A stretch of 64,000 nt of DNA from Chiloscyllium plagiosum (GCF_004010195.1 NC_057728.1:43710938-43774937); one strand, 5' to 3'; shown: positions 50,320-64,000, numbered from the stretch's first letter. Program-made: numbers and translations. Notes: generated by a model from the sequence alone, not told the origin.

Positions 50320-51592
50320 AAAAGATTGGAAAACTAACTATAGGCCAGTTAGTTTAACATTTGATGTTGGTAAAATGTTAAATGATCAAACAGAGTCTGC
50401 ACGGCTTCATGAAGAGAAAATTGTGCAAATGCTTGCAACTTTCACCAAAAACTGGATGGCTCCTGACAAATTTACTAAAACATTTTTAGGAGATAACAAG
50501 CAGTATAGATTAAGGGGAAGTAATGGTTGTAACATATTTTGATTTTTAGAAGAAATTTGATAAGGTACTACACAATGCTTAATAAGACAAGAGCCCATGG
50601 TATTGGAGGTAATATTTTAGAATGAATACAGATTTGACTAACTAAAAGAAGTCAGAGAGTTAGGCTAAAATACATCTTCCAGATAGCAGTCTGTAACGAA
50701 TGGATTACCACAGGAATCAGTGCTGGAGCCACTATTATTTATAATATATATTGATAACACCGATAAGGAATGTGAATGTACTATAGCCAAGTTTGTGGAT
50801 GACACAAAAGTGGATGGGAAGGCAAGTGGTAAGGATGATATAAAGAGCCTGCAGTGGGACAAATACTGTCTACATGAACAGCAAAAACTGGGTAGATAGA
50901 ATCTAATATGAGGTTTTGAACTTTGGCAGGAAGGATAAAAAAGCTGAATATTTTGTAAATAGAGAAAGACTGCAGAAAGTTATTGCACGTTATTACAATT
51001 ATACAAGTAAAATTATACAATACACTGGTCAGATGACAGTTGAAATATAGTTTGGGCCCCTTATCTGAGGAAGGATGTACTGGAATTGGAGGCAGTCTAG
51101 CAAAGGTACACTAGACTGAGACCGGATATAGAAGGAATATCTTATGAGGACAGGTTGAGTAGATTGAGCCTGTATTCATTTGAATTTAGAAGAATGAGAG
51201 ACAACTTATTGGAACATACAAGATTCTTAGGGGACATGACAAGGTAGATGCAGAAAGCTTGTTTTCCCTTGTGGCAGTGTCTAGAAGCAGAAAGCATAAT
51301 CTTTAAGGAATTTAAGACAGAGATGAGGAGACTCTTTTCTCAGATGGTAGTGAATCTGTGGAATTCTTTATCACGGAGGACTATTGAGGCTGGGTCATTA
51401 AGTATTTTCAAGACTAATATGGACAGATTTTTAAACAGCAAGGGGATCAAGAGTTATAGGATAAAGACAGGAGAATACAGTTAAGGATTATCATTGGTCA
51501 TGATCTCACTGAATGGCAGAACAGACTTGATGAACTAAGTTGCTGACTTCTGCCATTATATTTTATGGTCTTCTTATGGTCTTATGGTCTTA
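50320..51592 (+). mobile_element. CR1 ORF2 3' relic
   Basis: GLPQESVLEPLLF, KFVDDTK and VVNLWNSL; tail (TCTTATGG)n. Confidence 0.88.
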
Positions 51593-53424
51593 GTATCATG
51601 CTCCTTAACTTTACAGATCATCTGTGATGATACCAGATATGTGACACATACATTAGCTCTGACTAATTTCATTATGTGAATGATCTTAGCCAGCAACTCC
51701 CCAAATCAATGTCATAGTGAATGTCCAAAACGAAACGTAGGGATTATTCTGACGCCTGAGTAACTCTCAATATCATGACCCAATGTGGATCTCAATCCTT
51801 GTGGGAAGGTGACAGGACTCCAACAGTAGTCTATTGGCAATGCCCAATTAAAAGGTCATACACAGCATTGCCATCCAATTAAGGATGGCAGATTGTTTTC
51901 TGATCAGTCTGCAGCCTCAATATCACCACCAATAAATGTGGCAGCAGCTGAGATGCAAGGGAAAGAAGCTGCAAAAAGGTTATGAGAGGGGTAACTCCTC
52001 CATATGCAGTTCCTGGAGCATGGAGGCTGCTATTGATGGAGGAGCTCTTCTGTAGTATATGGAACCTCCAAAGACCACCTCTGTGTAACTGGCAGCTTTC
52101 CACTTAGTGAGGCGATGGAGGAGGAGACCATACTACATAAGAAAATTGGCAGCAGTCCTGCAAAATGGTCGTCAATTAGTTTTTGAATTATGTAATTTGG
52201 CCACCTGCCTCCAGTAAGCAGGCAGAACATCACACCTGCTCCTTTTCCTGAATTTATTCCCCAACAGCAAAAACACATTGGACTTCCATACTTTTGCCTC
52301 TTGCTGCTATTTTCCCCTCCAATCTACTGTCGTAGCATCTGCCCATGATTTTTCTTTCAGAGAAGTGCTCCAGTAATATTTTTTTTTCTCAAACCATGAA
52401 AAAACAGTTGGTGAATGAATCCATATTCATCCCACTCAGTAATGAAAGTTTATAATCAAAACAGAGCAAATATTTAAACTGAATTTATCTGATACCAGAT
52501 GGACTCCCATATGCCTTATCAAGAGAGCAACTGAAAATCTTCTCACAGATGTTTTTCGGTGTGGCAATCCTGTCACATCTGCCAAATATCCTGATAAAGG
52601 TAATGAAGTAGGAAACCAACTATTTTAGTGCAGTTCTTTATTCATGGCTAGGTGATTTATGCATAAAAGATAAATTTATCATTAAATCCAATAAAAATGT
52701 ATTTTCCATCTGAAGAAATGAATGAGAATCAGTATTTTATCGACTGTACTTAGAATTTAGAAAAACTTTTTTCATAAGATGTAACAATAAAGAAAAGCAC
52801 ATTTTATTTGACTGAAGTTAACATTAACTGGACAGAAAGAGTCTCAAAGCAAATCTGTGGACTTGCCTTCCTGGTAACACTGAAGTTCTAATGTTTGTAG
52901 TTTCACAAATCCTGCCTTCACTAAAATAATGCAGGTTCCTACATTTCATTTGCTGTTGCACTTCCCAATATCTAGCTGCAGGGTTATTCAATGTAGAAGT
53001 CAACTGAAATTCCTCAGTTCTCAGGTCCAAGACTGGTGAGCTGCATCAGGAGTGGTCACACCCAAGGTAGTTGTGTGGGAACTTAGAAGAGTGGGCTAAA
53101 AAGTATAGGCTGTTGTTTGATATTAAGAAGTCTAACGACATGAAGTCCAGGAAATATAAGAAAAAAGTCAAAATATGAAATAAATGGAGACAGAATGCAG
53201 GAAATGACTAATGGTGAGTGATCTACGAGGTTTGGGAAAACCAAACCATCAGCATAATGTGTGGTAGTGGTGAAAAAATAAGACATTTAATCATTAGCAC
53301 AAGCTCACATTCAAAGACATCATGAACAAGCTAAGATGAAACAAGTTAAATACAAGTTCCTAACTTCATTATAGCCTTGGTCCAACCTGGATAAAAGAGC
53401 TGAGTTCTAGGGGTGAGATGACAA

Positions 53425-54965
53425 TGACAGGCCTTGACATCAAAGCCCCCTTTTAATTGACTGGGGCATCAAAGAGCCTTAGCAAAACTGGAATCAATGG
53501 GTATCAGAGCCAAACTCTTCACTGGTTGAAGTCACATCTGGTACATTGGAAGACAGTTGGGGTTGTTGGAGATCTGTCATCTCAGCTCTAGGATATCTCT
53601 CCAGGAGTCCCTCAGGGCAGTGTCCTAGGCCCAACTAACTTCAGCTACTTTATCAATGACCTTTCCTCCATCATTAGGTTGGAAATAGGGATGTTGGCCA
53701 ATGATTGCACTATGTTCAGCACTATTTGCAATTCCTCAGATAGTGAAGAAGTCCATGTTCAAGTGGAGCATGGTCTTGACAATATCTAGGCCTGGGCTCA
53801 CAAGCAGCAAGAAACATTAACATCACACAAATGCCAGGCAATTACCATCTCCAATAAGAGAAAATCTAACTATCACAGCATGATATTGAAGTGTCATCAC
53901 TGAATCCTCCACTTTTGATATCTTGGGGGTTACCATTCACCAAAACGTCAACTGGACTTACCACATAAATATAGTGGTGAGTGGAGCAGGTCAGAGTCAT
54001 AGAGTCATAGAGATGTACAGCATGGAAACAGACCCTTCGTTTCAACCCATCCATGCTGACCAGATATCCCAACCTAATCTAGTCCCACTGCCAGCACCCG
54101 GCCCATATCCCTCCAAACCCTTCCTATTCATAGACCCATCCAAATGCCTCTTAAATGTTGCAATTGTACCAGCCTCCACCACTTCCTCTGGCATCTCATT
54201 CCATACCCGTATCACCCTCTGCGTGAAAAAGTTGCCCCTTAGGTCTCTTTTATATCTTTCTCCTCTCACCCTAAACCTATGCCCGCTAGTTCTGTACTCC
54301 CCGACCCCAGGGAAAAGACTTTGCCTATTTACCCTATCCATGCCCCTCATAATTTTGTAAACTTCTATAAGGTCACCCCTCAGCCTCCGACACTCCAGGG
54401 CTAGGAATACTGTGGTGAGTTACTCACCTCCTGACTCTCTAAAGCCTTTAAACCATCTACAAGTCACAAGTCAGGAGTATGATGGGATACTCCCCATTTG
54501 TCTGGATGAGTTCGGCTCCAATAACAGCAAAGAATCTTGACAAAGCAGTCCTCTTGACTGGCACCATAACCACAAGCATCCACTTCCTTCACCACTGATG
54601 TTCAGAAGCAACATTGCATACTAAATATAAGATGCACTACAGAAATTCATCAAACATCCTGAGTCAGCACCTTTTAAAACCAAAATACTTCCATCTAGAA
54701 GGACAACAGCAACAGATATAATAGGAACACCATGACCTTCAAGTTCCCTTCCAAGCCACGCACCAACCTTACTTGGAAATATATCCCCGTTCCTTCACAT
54801 TTGCCGGATGAAAATCCTGGAATTCCCTCCCTAATGGTATTGTGGTTCAATGTACAGCTTGTGGATAGCAACAGTTCAAAAATCAGCTCACCACCACCTA
54901 CTCAAAGGCAACTTGGGGTGGGCAATAAATGCTGGTCAGCAAGTGATGCCCAGGTCTCATGAGTC
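53425..54965 (+). mobile_element. CR1-clade LINE RT/3' end (second family), interrupted by a younger CR1
   Basis: GVPQGSVLGPT.FSYFINDL and LANDCT; GGGCAATAAATGCTGG terminus. Confidence 0.85.
53993..54400 (-). mobile_element. Young CR1 3' end
   Basis: ORF 54350-54042 reads RGNFFTQRVIRVWNEMPEEVVEAG; (AGAGTCAT)n tail. Confidence 0.93.
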
Positions 54966-55654
54966 AATAAAAAAATACAAATACGATAAACTGCGGTGAA
55001 TGCAGGAAATAGTCTGCACTGTGATAAAGAATGCAGTGGGAGATGTATATTAGAAAGGAGAGGAATTACATTCCTGAAAAGAAGAACAACAAAGTAGAAC
55101 AGCGGAGTGTGCAGTAATGGAGTTCTCCGATCCTGTAAAGACTGAAGGCAAAATATTGTGTACTCTCCCATCCTAGCTGTAAGCCTGGTAAAACTAGCCA
55201 GATCAAGTATTTCTTAAATGTGTCAATGTTGCCCGATTCAACCTGTCCATATGGTAGCAAGTTTCACATTCTCAGCACTTTGTGTAAAATAATTTCTTCC
55301 AAATAATTTGGTGTGTTCCTGCTAGTTTATATTCATGCTTCCTTTGTCCATACTCACTCACAAAAGTAAACAGTTTTTCTGTGTCTATCCTCTCAAGATC
55401 CTTATAACTAACTCACCTAGATTACAATGTTTCAATAGTCAGGAACAGATAGTTGAGTTTCACTTGATACAGTATAATGATTGTACAGAGGTTGTGAAAC
55501 CATTAGTGAAATTATTCAGCTTTTTAAAAAGTGACTGTGGTTACAGTAAAGTCCTGATGTTTTAAAACTCTATTTGGTTATCCAGATTACCTTGGAAAAA
55601 TATACTTCACACACAATGTTGGAATTAGACTAGACTGTTTGTATTACCATAACA

Positions 55655-56355
55655 GCATAAAATATAGGAGCAGAAGTAATTGATTCAGTGCATATGCTCC
55701 ACAATTGAACAAGATCTGACAATTCTCATCTCCAATTTCTTGCCTTTTCCCTATAATGGTTGATTACTTGACGGATGAAAAATCTATCTCAACCTTAAAT
55801 AAAGGTAACCACCCAGCCTTGACAGACCTTTGTGATAATGAATTCCACTGATTTACTAGCGTCTCCAATCTGTGTCTTATATAGGTGACCTCTTATTCTG
55901 ACATTATGCTTTCTGGTCCAATACTCTCCAGCATGTGGAATAACCTCCCCACATCTACCAAATCATGTCCCTAAGAAGGCTGCCTCTCATTCTTTTAAAC
56001 TCCAATGAATAAAAGCCCAGTCTGGTCATGTGAAAATTCCTCCTTACTCAGGATCAATTTCGTGAATGTTCTCTGAACTGCCACTAATGCCAATGTATCT
56101 TTCCTTAGATAAGGGGCCAAAACTATTCTTAGTATTCATGCTGTGTTCTAACTAAAGCCTTGTATTATGTTAGCAAGGCCTCTCCATTTTTATACTCCAT
56201 TCGCTTTGAAGTAAACGCCAAACTTTCATTTGCCTTCCCTATTTGCTGTTGAACATGTATCCTAGCTTTTTGTGATTTATAATTTACAAACCCTTTTGCA
56301 ATATAGCTTTTTGTGAGCTTTTTCCATTTAAATAATATTCAATTTCTCTTTTCTT
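55655..56355 (-). mobile_element. Old CR1 3' fragment
   Basis: Decayed FWPLI*GK / YSLEFKR segments and a CATAAAATATAGGAGCAGAAGT terminus. Confidence 0.75.
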
Positions 56356-57489
56356 CCTTTAAAGGAACAAATTCTGACAAGAAAATGTCTGGATCCACTA
56401 GATTAACTCTTGAAGTGAAAGATGACCATGACCCCAAACACAACAGTATGCACCTTATTCTAAAATGAGAGGGAGAGATTTAATCCAAATGCATTTGTGT
56501 TCATGTAAAAAGTGATGATCTTTTTTACTTTCATGTTACAATGTATTCAATTTTCTCAAAATTCTTCTACTGAAAGATATGGACTTCCCATCCTGGTCTA
56601 ATATTGCAAATTAAATGATCATATTTACCCATTGAAAATGAATGGATTTTTTAAAATCAATGCTCCAGCTGGAAAGCATAAACCTACTTGTCTTGGAGGT
56701 CATAAATGTATTTGTAAATTATTCACCCAAATCCTCTAGTTATTCTATTGATGAAAGGAAAGGTTACAGAAACTTTACTCTTCATAACGGATGAAATCCT
56801 GCCTACTACAGCAAATGTGAGATTTGGATTTATTTCAAAGGACAAAGGGTTGCCAGACTTCAAATGACGTCAATCTAAGGCGGTTGATATACTTTATACT
56901 TAGTGCTAAGGTTGAAGCCTTGTTCACTGAGAGTATTAAGAAATAATAGTATTCATGATACAGAAGTAGCATCACAAATGTGATAACTTTTAGTTCTTCA
57001 TTTAAGCAGACAAAATCATGTGTGCAATCCCAATTGTATGATAGATCATACAAAAGCACGCAAACATTTTATTAGTTTTATTGAATTTCTGAAAATCTGA
57101 TTAACAGCTAACTTAATTATTTTCCCCAAACTGATACTCTACACATAAATTTAATATGCAAATCCTGTTGATCCAAGTAGAAGAGCAGAAAGGTAAGTGT
57201 GTATACTTGGATAAATTTTTCATTACATCGTTCATCTTATATCAGTCTCAATGTTAAACTCTTGAAAAATCACTTCAACCCACTAGAATTGTCATGAAAG
57301 AAGGCAGAAATTTCTTTCTTCAGATGTTGTGAATTGGAATTTGTAGTTGTTAATGCTGAAGCAGTGCTTTTGCAGTGTAATGGTAGTGTCTCTACTTATG
57401 AACCAGGAAGTCATTTATAAGCACTACCTGCTCCAAAATTGTGTGATAGCATCCTTGAACAGGATGATTAAAAAATACCTATGTGCTGG

Positions 57490-58245
57490 ATGAATAGAAA
57501 ATTGCCAATATAACATTTTCTTCAAAAAGAGAAGGAAACAGAATAATAGGTAACTATAGACATGTTAGCTTACAATCTGTTCCTGAAAAAATGTTAGTCT
57601 ATATTAAGAGATGTATTAGGAAAGATTTTGAAATACAGCATTTGATCAAGTAGAGACTACATGGCATCATAAAGGAGAAATCATGCCAGACAAGCAGGAC
57701 AGGTAAAGGAGAAGTGGTGGATGTAACATATTTGGATAAGGTACCATACATTAGGTTACATTAGGAGTCTGTAGTGTTGGATGTAGCATAGATGGAGGAT
57801 TGGCTAACCAATAGAAAGCAGAGAGTTGGGATAAGGGGAACATTTTCACGATGGTAACTTGCCATAGAGATCAGTGCTGAGGCCACAATTATTTACATTA
57901 TATACTAATGATGTGGATGAGGAAAGTGACTGTACTATACCCAAGTTTGTGGATGATACAAAAATATGTGGAAGGCTAGTGGTGAAGATGACATATATGG
58001 ACGAGGGAATCAGTGCCAAAAACTTGGCACATGGAATATAATGTGAGTTACTAAGATATTATGCACATTTGCAGAAATTTAGAGGAGTTGAATATCATTG
58101 AAATGGAGGAAGACTGCAGAAAGTTATAGCACAGTGGGATTTATAAAAAGAAATCACTAAAAGCAGGAAGGTTATCAGCTATGAGGGAAGGCAAATGGTA
58201 TGCTGGCCTTTATTTCAAAGGGAATAGAGTATAAAAATGGGGTTT
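57490..58245 (+). mobile_element. Old CR1 RT fragment
   Basis: WLTNRKQRVGIRG, KFVDDTK and LAFISKGIEYK. Confidence 0.8.
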
Positions 58246-58588
58246 CTTGTTTTTCTGTATATTTCCCAGAGGATGGGGAGATGGATGCTTTCAATTTGTC
58301 GGCTCTGAATGTTTCTGCCCTGGCATTTACAGCTTTTAACACTGTGCAGCACAATCAAGCAGAAGGCAGAATTTCCTTAACTTAAAAGACTCAATTTCTC
58401 CCCTTCCTTACTTCAAAAAGCCCAATATTGTACAGCACAGCTCAAAAATATACAATACTTGATTTTCAAGTTGCAAACCTCGTGTGGTATTTCAATTAGA
58501 AAGCAGTCCGACTTCAACTTCAGTTTACAGTGCCAAAAAAAGAAAGATATGGAGTCTGTTACATTAAAACTTCCTGTATAAAGTGTTA

Positions 58589-59073
58589 AAAATCACACAA
58601 CACCAGGTTATAGTCCAACAGGTTTATTTGGAAGCACTAGCTTTCGAGACCCTGCCTCTTCAACAGGTAGTTGTGGAACATGACCATATTGCACACAGTT
58701 TATAGCAAAAGTTTTAAAGTGTCATGGAGTTATGATATATTAAACAACTTTAGTTAAAAATTACACAACACCAGGTTATAGTTCTTAAGCAAATTTAGAT
58801 TAAATTTTTCATCTTTTAGAATGGTATATGGTAGTTTAGATTCTTTAATATTTAGTCCCAGAATTACATTCTCAAGATGGCATCAGCTTATCTAATAATA
58901 GGTATCATCTCAGCTCAGACAATGCATTAAACGTGTGAAGGTAAAGTCTGTACCAATATTGAATCAATTCTATTTCTAAAGTGGAGCTTATAGAATCTTC
59001 ATGGATTTATGCAGTTTTTGAGCAAAATAAATGTAATTGTCCACTCTAGTCCAACACTGGCACCTCCAAATCA
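58589..59073. mobile_element. Stand-alone non-coding PLE terminal-repeat insertion, same subfamily as element C at 44768
   Basis: Perfect 14-bp TSD TGTATAAAGTGTTA (58575-58588, 59074-59087). High similarity to 44805-45240, including the internal re-iterated GTTAAAAAT(C/T)ACACAAC block. The last ~35 bp are inverted. Confidence 0.9.
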
Positions 59074-59149
59074 TGTATAAAGTGTTAGAAATTTAGGATA
59101 ATTTGTTATCACCTTAGAAGCAAATGCAGAAAGGCCAAAATCTATTTAT

Positions 59150-59865
59150 TTATCTATTGATTTATTGATTTATTTTGTTACAAAATACAGTAAAAAGTGT
59201 TGTATAGTGTCACCAGTTTCTGGTACCATCTTAAAACACACAAAAAAACCAAAGCATAGAACATAAAGGCATAAAAATAATGAAATAAAGAAAAAGTGCT
59301 CAACTTTACAGTCCTTTGTGTTAAGTGCTCTGCCATGGGCCTGGTAGCCAGGTTCAAGTCCTTTTCATCGTGCTGCCCCCACTGGAACAAAAGACGCACT
59401 CTTCAGTGCCATCTTCCCTCCACTGCCGCCCACTGACTATGAGTCCTCATTGCACCTGGCCAATGCAGACATCACCGTTGCTGCTGGGAACTGCACTGGC
59501 CCAACCTCGACTCCGTCATTCACATGAGGCTGTTTCAGGCATACCTCGCTGATGCAGCCACTCCCGATTCTGCCAGGTCTTGTACTGGGTCCAAACTAGC
59601 CTCTGCCACTGTCTCCATGAATCTGCACTAGACACAGACACATCCAGGAACTCAAATTGCCTCTGCCACAGTAGCCATGAGGTAGGACCACATTAGCCAT
59701 GTAGAAGCTGCAAATTCACCTCCAAGGCTGTGCCATGAGTCCACACCGGGCTCACTCGAGTTTTCACTGGGTTTACTCGCTGCTATCGATGCGGTCAGCA
59801 AAACAGACCTCTTCAACAAGAGGTAAATAAAATAAAAGGAAAAAATGAAAAAAGAGAAAAAGTGC
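59150..59865 (-). mobile_element. Unclassified interspersed-repeat-like segment
   Basis: GC-richer core between A/T-rich ends with an (AATA)n-like tail on the minus strand; no protein motif seen. Confidence 0.35.
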
Positions 59866-60064
59866 TCTTTGGGCTTGCAATATTGAAAATGCAAAGATAA
59901 AATAACTGGCTCATTCAATCATATGCAATGTTTCTTGATCTATGGATTTCCTGGTGAAATATTATACTTGCTATGGGGAAAAAAGAACTTCCAAAATGCT
60001 AATATTTTATGTGTTAAAAAGGCATCATCACAATTTATTAGAAAGAACAATTATAATTTAGATA

Positions 60065-60420
60065 GCACTTTATCATTTCATGACACAATAAAGCACTTAA
60101 TAGCCAATAAATTTCTTGTTGAAACACATTCACTGTTATGTAGGTAAATTTGGTCACTTTGATTGGAATAAAGTAGTGCAACTGAAATAATTACTAAATA
60201 GATCAGTTGAGGGAAGTATGTTGACCAACGTAATTCTCTATATCTTCTTCAAATTATGTCAAAGGATCTTTAATATGTTTTGATGGGCAGCTAGAACTTA
60301 GGTTTAATGATCAACTGCAATTGCATCACTAAAGGAACAATCTCTCAGCACAATATGACAGATGATTCTTTATTAGATGCTCAATTGTTAAAATAGATCT
60401 TGAATCCATAACTTCTGAAA
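60065..60420 (-). mobile_element. Ancient Deu-domain-type SINE relic
   Basis: CACTGTTATGTAGG, GTTGAGGGAAGTATGTTGACCA and CTTCTTCAAATTATGTCAAAGGATCTT resemble the SINE at 13300-13365/17350-17530. Confidence 0.5.
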
Positions 60421-61860
60421 CAGAAACAATTATGATGCTGCCTGACCTGTTGAGTTTCCACAGCACTTTCTGCTTTTATTTCAAATTTCCTGCATCAATG
60501 GCATTTCGCTTTGCAACAACTCTAATGACTGACCGAGATTGACATTTTGTCAATAGATGGTTTAATTTTTGATTAAGTCAATTAATGCAGGGCAACTCCT
60601 GTCAAGCAAATCCACAAATTATATGTGTTTTCAAAAATGAAATAAACAAACTACTGTAACTATAGATGTTTCCGCCTCACATTGATAACTGGTAAAATAA
60701 CAGGTAATTGGGAAAACCTGAGAATTATTTGTTAAAAAATAAATCTAGCAATGCCATGTATCTATCACAAACTTTTGAAGTGGAGAATTCTGCCCCACAA
60801 GCCCTTGGATTTATAAGGAAGTAACATCTCTAACAAACATTGACAAGACCATTTACACATCTATATTGTCACAAATCTTGAATAAGAATTCACCTAAAAA
60901 CTGTAACACAAGCTTAAGGCAGTGAGTGCTTAACATAAATGTTAGATTCTAAGAATTGACCGAAAGATTGTAACAGTTATGGGCTCGTTATTAACTAGAG
61001 ATATAGATATGAAGTGAACTGCACCAACAGTTTTTCAAATTATGGTATTCTTTCTGAAGCATTTGGATGGATATTAGAAGGAGCAAGGGTTGGTGTTATT
61101 GAGCCTAAGAGATAGGTAAAACTATCAAAAGACTTGGGGAAAAATACACTTGGGCAGAGCTAAGTTGATTGAGCAATGGGTCAGAAATTGCTGTAACAGG
61201 AATATCTCTTGACATTTGGAATGATACATTTTCCTCTACTCTTCAACTCAAAAGTGATTTGCGCTCCAACTTGCTGGTTGAAGTGTGAATGAATAATAAC
61301 ATGTTCAGGAAATCTGGGAGCCAATGAATGGCAAAATCAACCATACATTTCTGTATTAATTAAGATGTAAAGAGTGAGAAATAAATTGAATAACTGAAAT
61401 GAATGGTGAGTTAGAGTGAATGAACTAGAGTCAAATGGGGTACAGAAAGAAATAAAGAGAGTAAAGGAAAGATCATTTGACATATATAAAAAACTCTGAC
61501 AACAATTCACTATTTGGAGAATTGAGAATTGTTTTAAATTATTCACTCTCGCTCAGAGAATTTGATTGACTCACGTTAGTTACTGTGCTGTTAAAAGAAT
61601 ACTTGTCATGCTAATTACCAGTCTTAACTTTATATAGTAAGTTTATTAGAATTTTAATGTACACATCCAACAATGTCTTAAAGATACTAGGAAAGTTAAG
61701 GCTGATATACTAATGTGCAAATCTAATGGCAGGAAATCAGAATTGTCCAGCAGCTTGTGGTGATTTGCAGTTACTGAATACTACTTCCTTTCCACAAGTT
61801 ACTACATGGCCTTTCATGTTATTTTGCCAGGAAATGTAGACCATAATGCCAAATGTCATG

Positions 61861-62090
61861 TGAAATAACTCCACAGAGTCTGGTATCCCATCACCAAGTC
61901 ACTGTTTATTTATATGTGCATAGAACTTGACTCTGGTCCCACTTCTTAAGAGCCAGTTTTCAGAATGAACAGAACCTCTGACACACCTGTTTATATCTGT
62001 CAGCCAGGGTTCCCTGATTGGACCAGGTTAACAGTCTCAGTCAAAGAACTCATATTCCTTGAGCTTCACCTGGCTGACCATATTACAACA
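61861..62090 (-). mobile_element. Solo LTR of the Mag-like Gypsy family
   Basis: Homologous to 7895-8129, TG...CA ends, and a perfect 5-bp TSD TCATG (61856-61860, 62091-62095). Confidence 0.92.
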
Positions 62091-64000
62091 TCATGAATAC
62101 AAGAAAAACCTGAAAACCTGTTTAATGTTTAGCATACAACTAACTAGAAAAAATGGTGAAAGAAATGAGGGTGTGAACATAGATTCAATTCTTCTCACAT
62201 TAGATTTTCCAGTCTTTGCAAAATATAACTAGGAAAACTACCTACTAGCATAACATCAGATATATGTGCAATGAATTGACTGCTATTTTTAAAATTCAAC
62301 ATTTTTGCCGTGTGCATGAGTAAATTGCAAATAAAATTCCTGTTCTAACAAAATTTATTGCTGTGACCTTGAATCACCCTTAAGGCTCCAATTTCATATT
62401 TTCCATTTCCTCTCCAATTCTTCATTTGAACTTGAAACAAGGTTTTTATTTGCAAAATGTGATGTTTCGACTGAGGGCAGTAACCAAATAGGTGTCCTGT
62501 TGAAATTCATACACTTACATTTTAATATCCATGAGAAACTGTGTTGATATTGCACAAATATCAGTTCCCATTACTGCAACCAGAAAACAGTGGCATTCTG
62601 TGACCACCCTTCTACATTGGAATCCATATTGTGGAGATAAGCTTCATCCTGTAAACCATGAATCCGAATGATCCATAAAAATTTACAGAAGGGCATGTTA
62701 AAATTGAAATTTTAATGACACTCTCCTTCGTCTCAGCACCATCTTAAATCACTGACTAGAATGACGTCATTTGCATCCATAATAATAATAATACAAGGAC
62801 CTGTGGGAAAACCTCAATGTAACCAATAAGAACTGAGAGTGAAGGGTGCTGGCCTTATCAGAAATTGGGGACATCTTCACCTGGTAGTGAATAATTTATC
62901 CACCAACTTGTAAAACCTGTTCTTGTGCTGGCTACAGTGAGGTTACAACATATCCATGGACTTAAATAAGTGTTTACAACCTCTCATGCAAACTAAGATG
63001 GCTGAGAAACCAATGCAAGAGCTCCATGATAAGTAGCACAATCAACATTTAGGGTAAAATGCTGACCCCAAACTAGGTACTGAACTATAATGGAGAGCTG
63101 TATACATGGGAACTGTTAGCAGAACCTGAAGAGTAAAAACCACCTTATGTCATGAATGAGTATTAAGCCAGTTTCTGGCAATTAATAATACTGATGAAGG
63201 GAGAGATCACTGTCAGTTTGACCTTAACATTAAGCTACATGCTGTGTGTCATTGCATCGTTCAGCTTTAGTTATTACTAAAGCCAGATTTCAATGTATTA
63301 ACTATTGACAATAAGATTATCTAAACACAAAAGTATTTTTTTAAGTGATGCAGTAGGACCTGCATTCATTTTGCTGTTTCAGACCTGGTTGCCATCTTTA
63401 AACTGCACCTGAGCCTGTTCAACTGTTGGTTGCAAAAGTTCCAGGCATTAAAATTAATAGCCTCCTTTGAGAATTTTGTTTCCTACTTTTTCGAATGTTG
63501 AAAACTCATCAATATTTTATACATGTCTTTTACACAACCCCTTTGAGGTAAGTTATTCATGTCCTTTTATGATGAAATCTTGGGCAAATTCCTTTGGATA
63601 TTTTCTTGCCACATTTGAAACTTCCTGATCATAGTTTACCAGAATTGTTTTGCACTTGTCCATTGAGAACCACAAGAGTGCAACTTAGTAACATGATAGA
63701 ACTGATAAAGCATCTATGGTGTGATCTGTTGACCTTACAGTATGGTAATGAAAACTAGAGACAAGGTATGGCATCCAACACATCTTAACTTAATCATTTA
63801 AGTAAAATAATAAAAATAAATTGTTGTAAGATAGAATCTTGCTACAACTCATCATTACGTAAGATCTGGTAGATTTGGTAGATTTGCTGTCACCAGCCTC
63901 TTTCCCGATTGGGAATTACAATGGCAGCTTGGTCTAATGTGAGAGAAGAAAATGACCTGGTCTTCTAATGAGGAGATGCTCTTATCTTAAGAAAAATGTA

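Noticed and set aside
57110..57200. Strong plus-strand splice donor AAG|GTAAGT at ~57192
   Set aside because: No convincing acceptor or ORF; such matches are expected by chance in 64 kb.
1..64000. CRISPR arrays, prokaryotic or viral systems
   Set aside because: No regularly spaced repeats, long intact ORFs or viral hallmark genes were seen; the content is typical vertebrate intronic and intergenic DNA.

Overview
Vertebrate genomic DNA. The SINE, CR1 and Penelope repertoire points to an elasmobranch (shark), which is an inference. The only host coding sequence I can support is the first coding exon of a liprin-alpha gene, best matching PPFIA2, on the minus strand at 38271-38032. It lies in a CpG-rich, nearly TE-free promoter/5' region (~37.2-40.5 kb). 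Positions 1-38031 are intron and 40.5-64 kb is upstream sequence. The rest is layered mobile-element relics: many CR1 LINE fragments, HE1-type and Deu-domain tRNA SINEs, two Ty3/Gypsy relics (one with the rare Gmr1-like integrase-before-RT order), two solo LTRs with TSDs, and a ~4 kb PIF/Harbinger relic. There is also a rich set of Penelope-like element (PLE) insertions that form fold-back palindromes, nest inside each other, and carry minimal hammerhead-ribozyme-like motifs. Nearly all ORFs in the track are TE fragments or spurious. I found no intact novel protein-coding system; the most unusual signals are RNA-structural or transpositional. Family names come from recalled motifs, not database searches.
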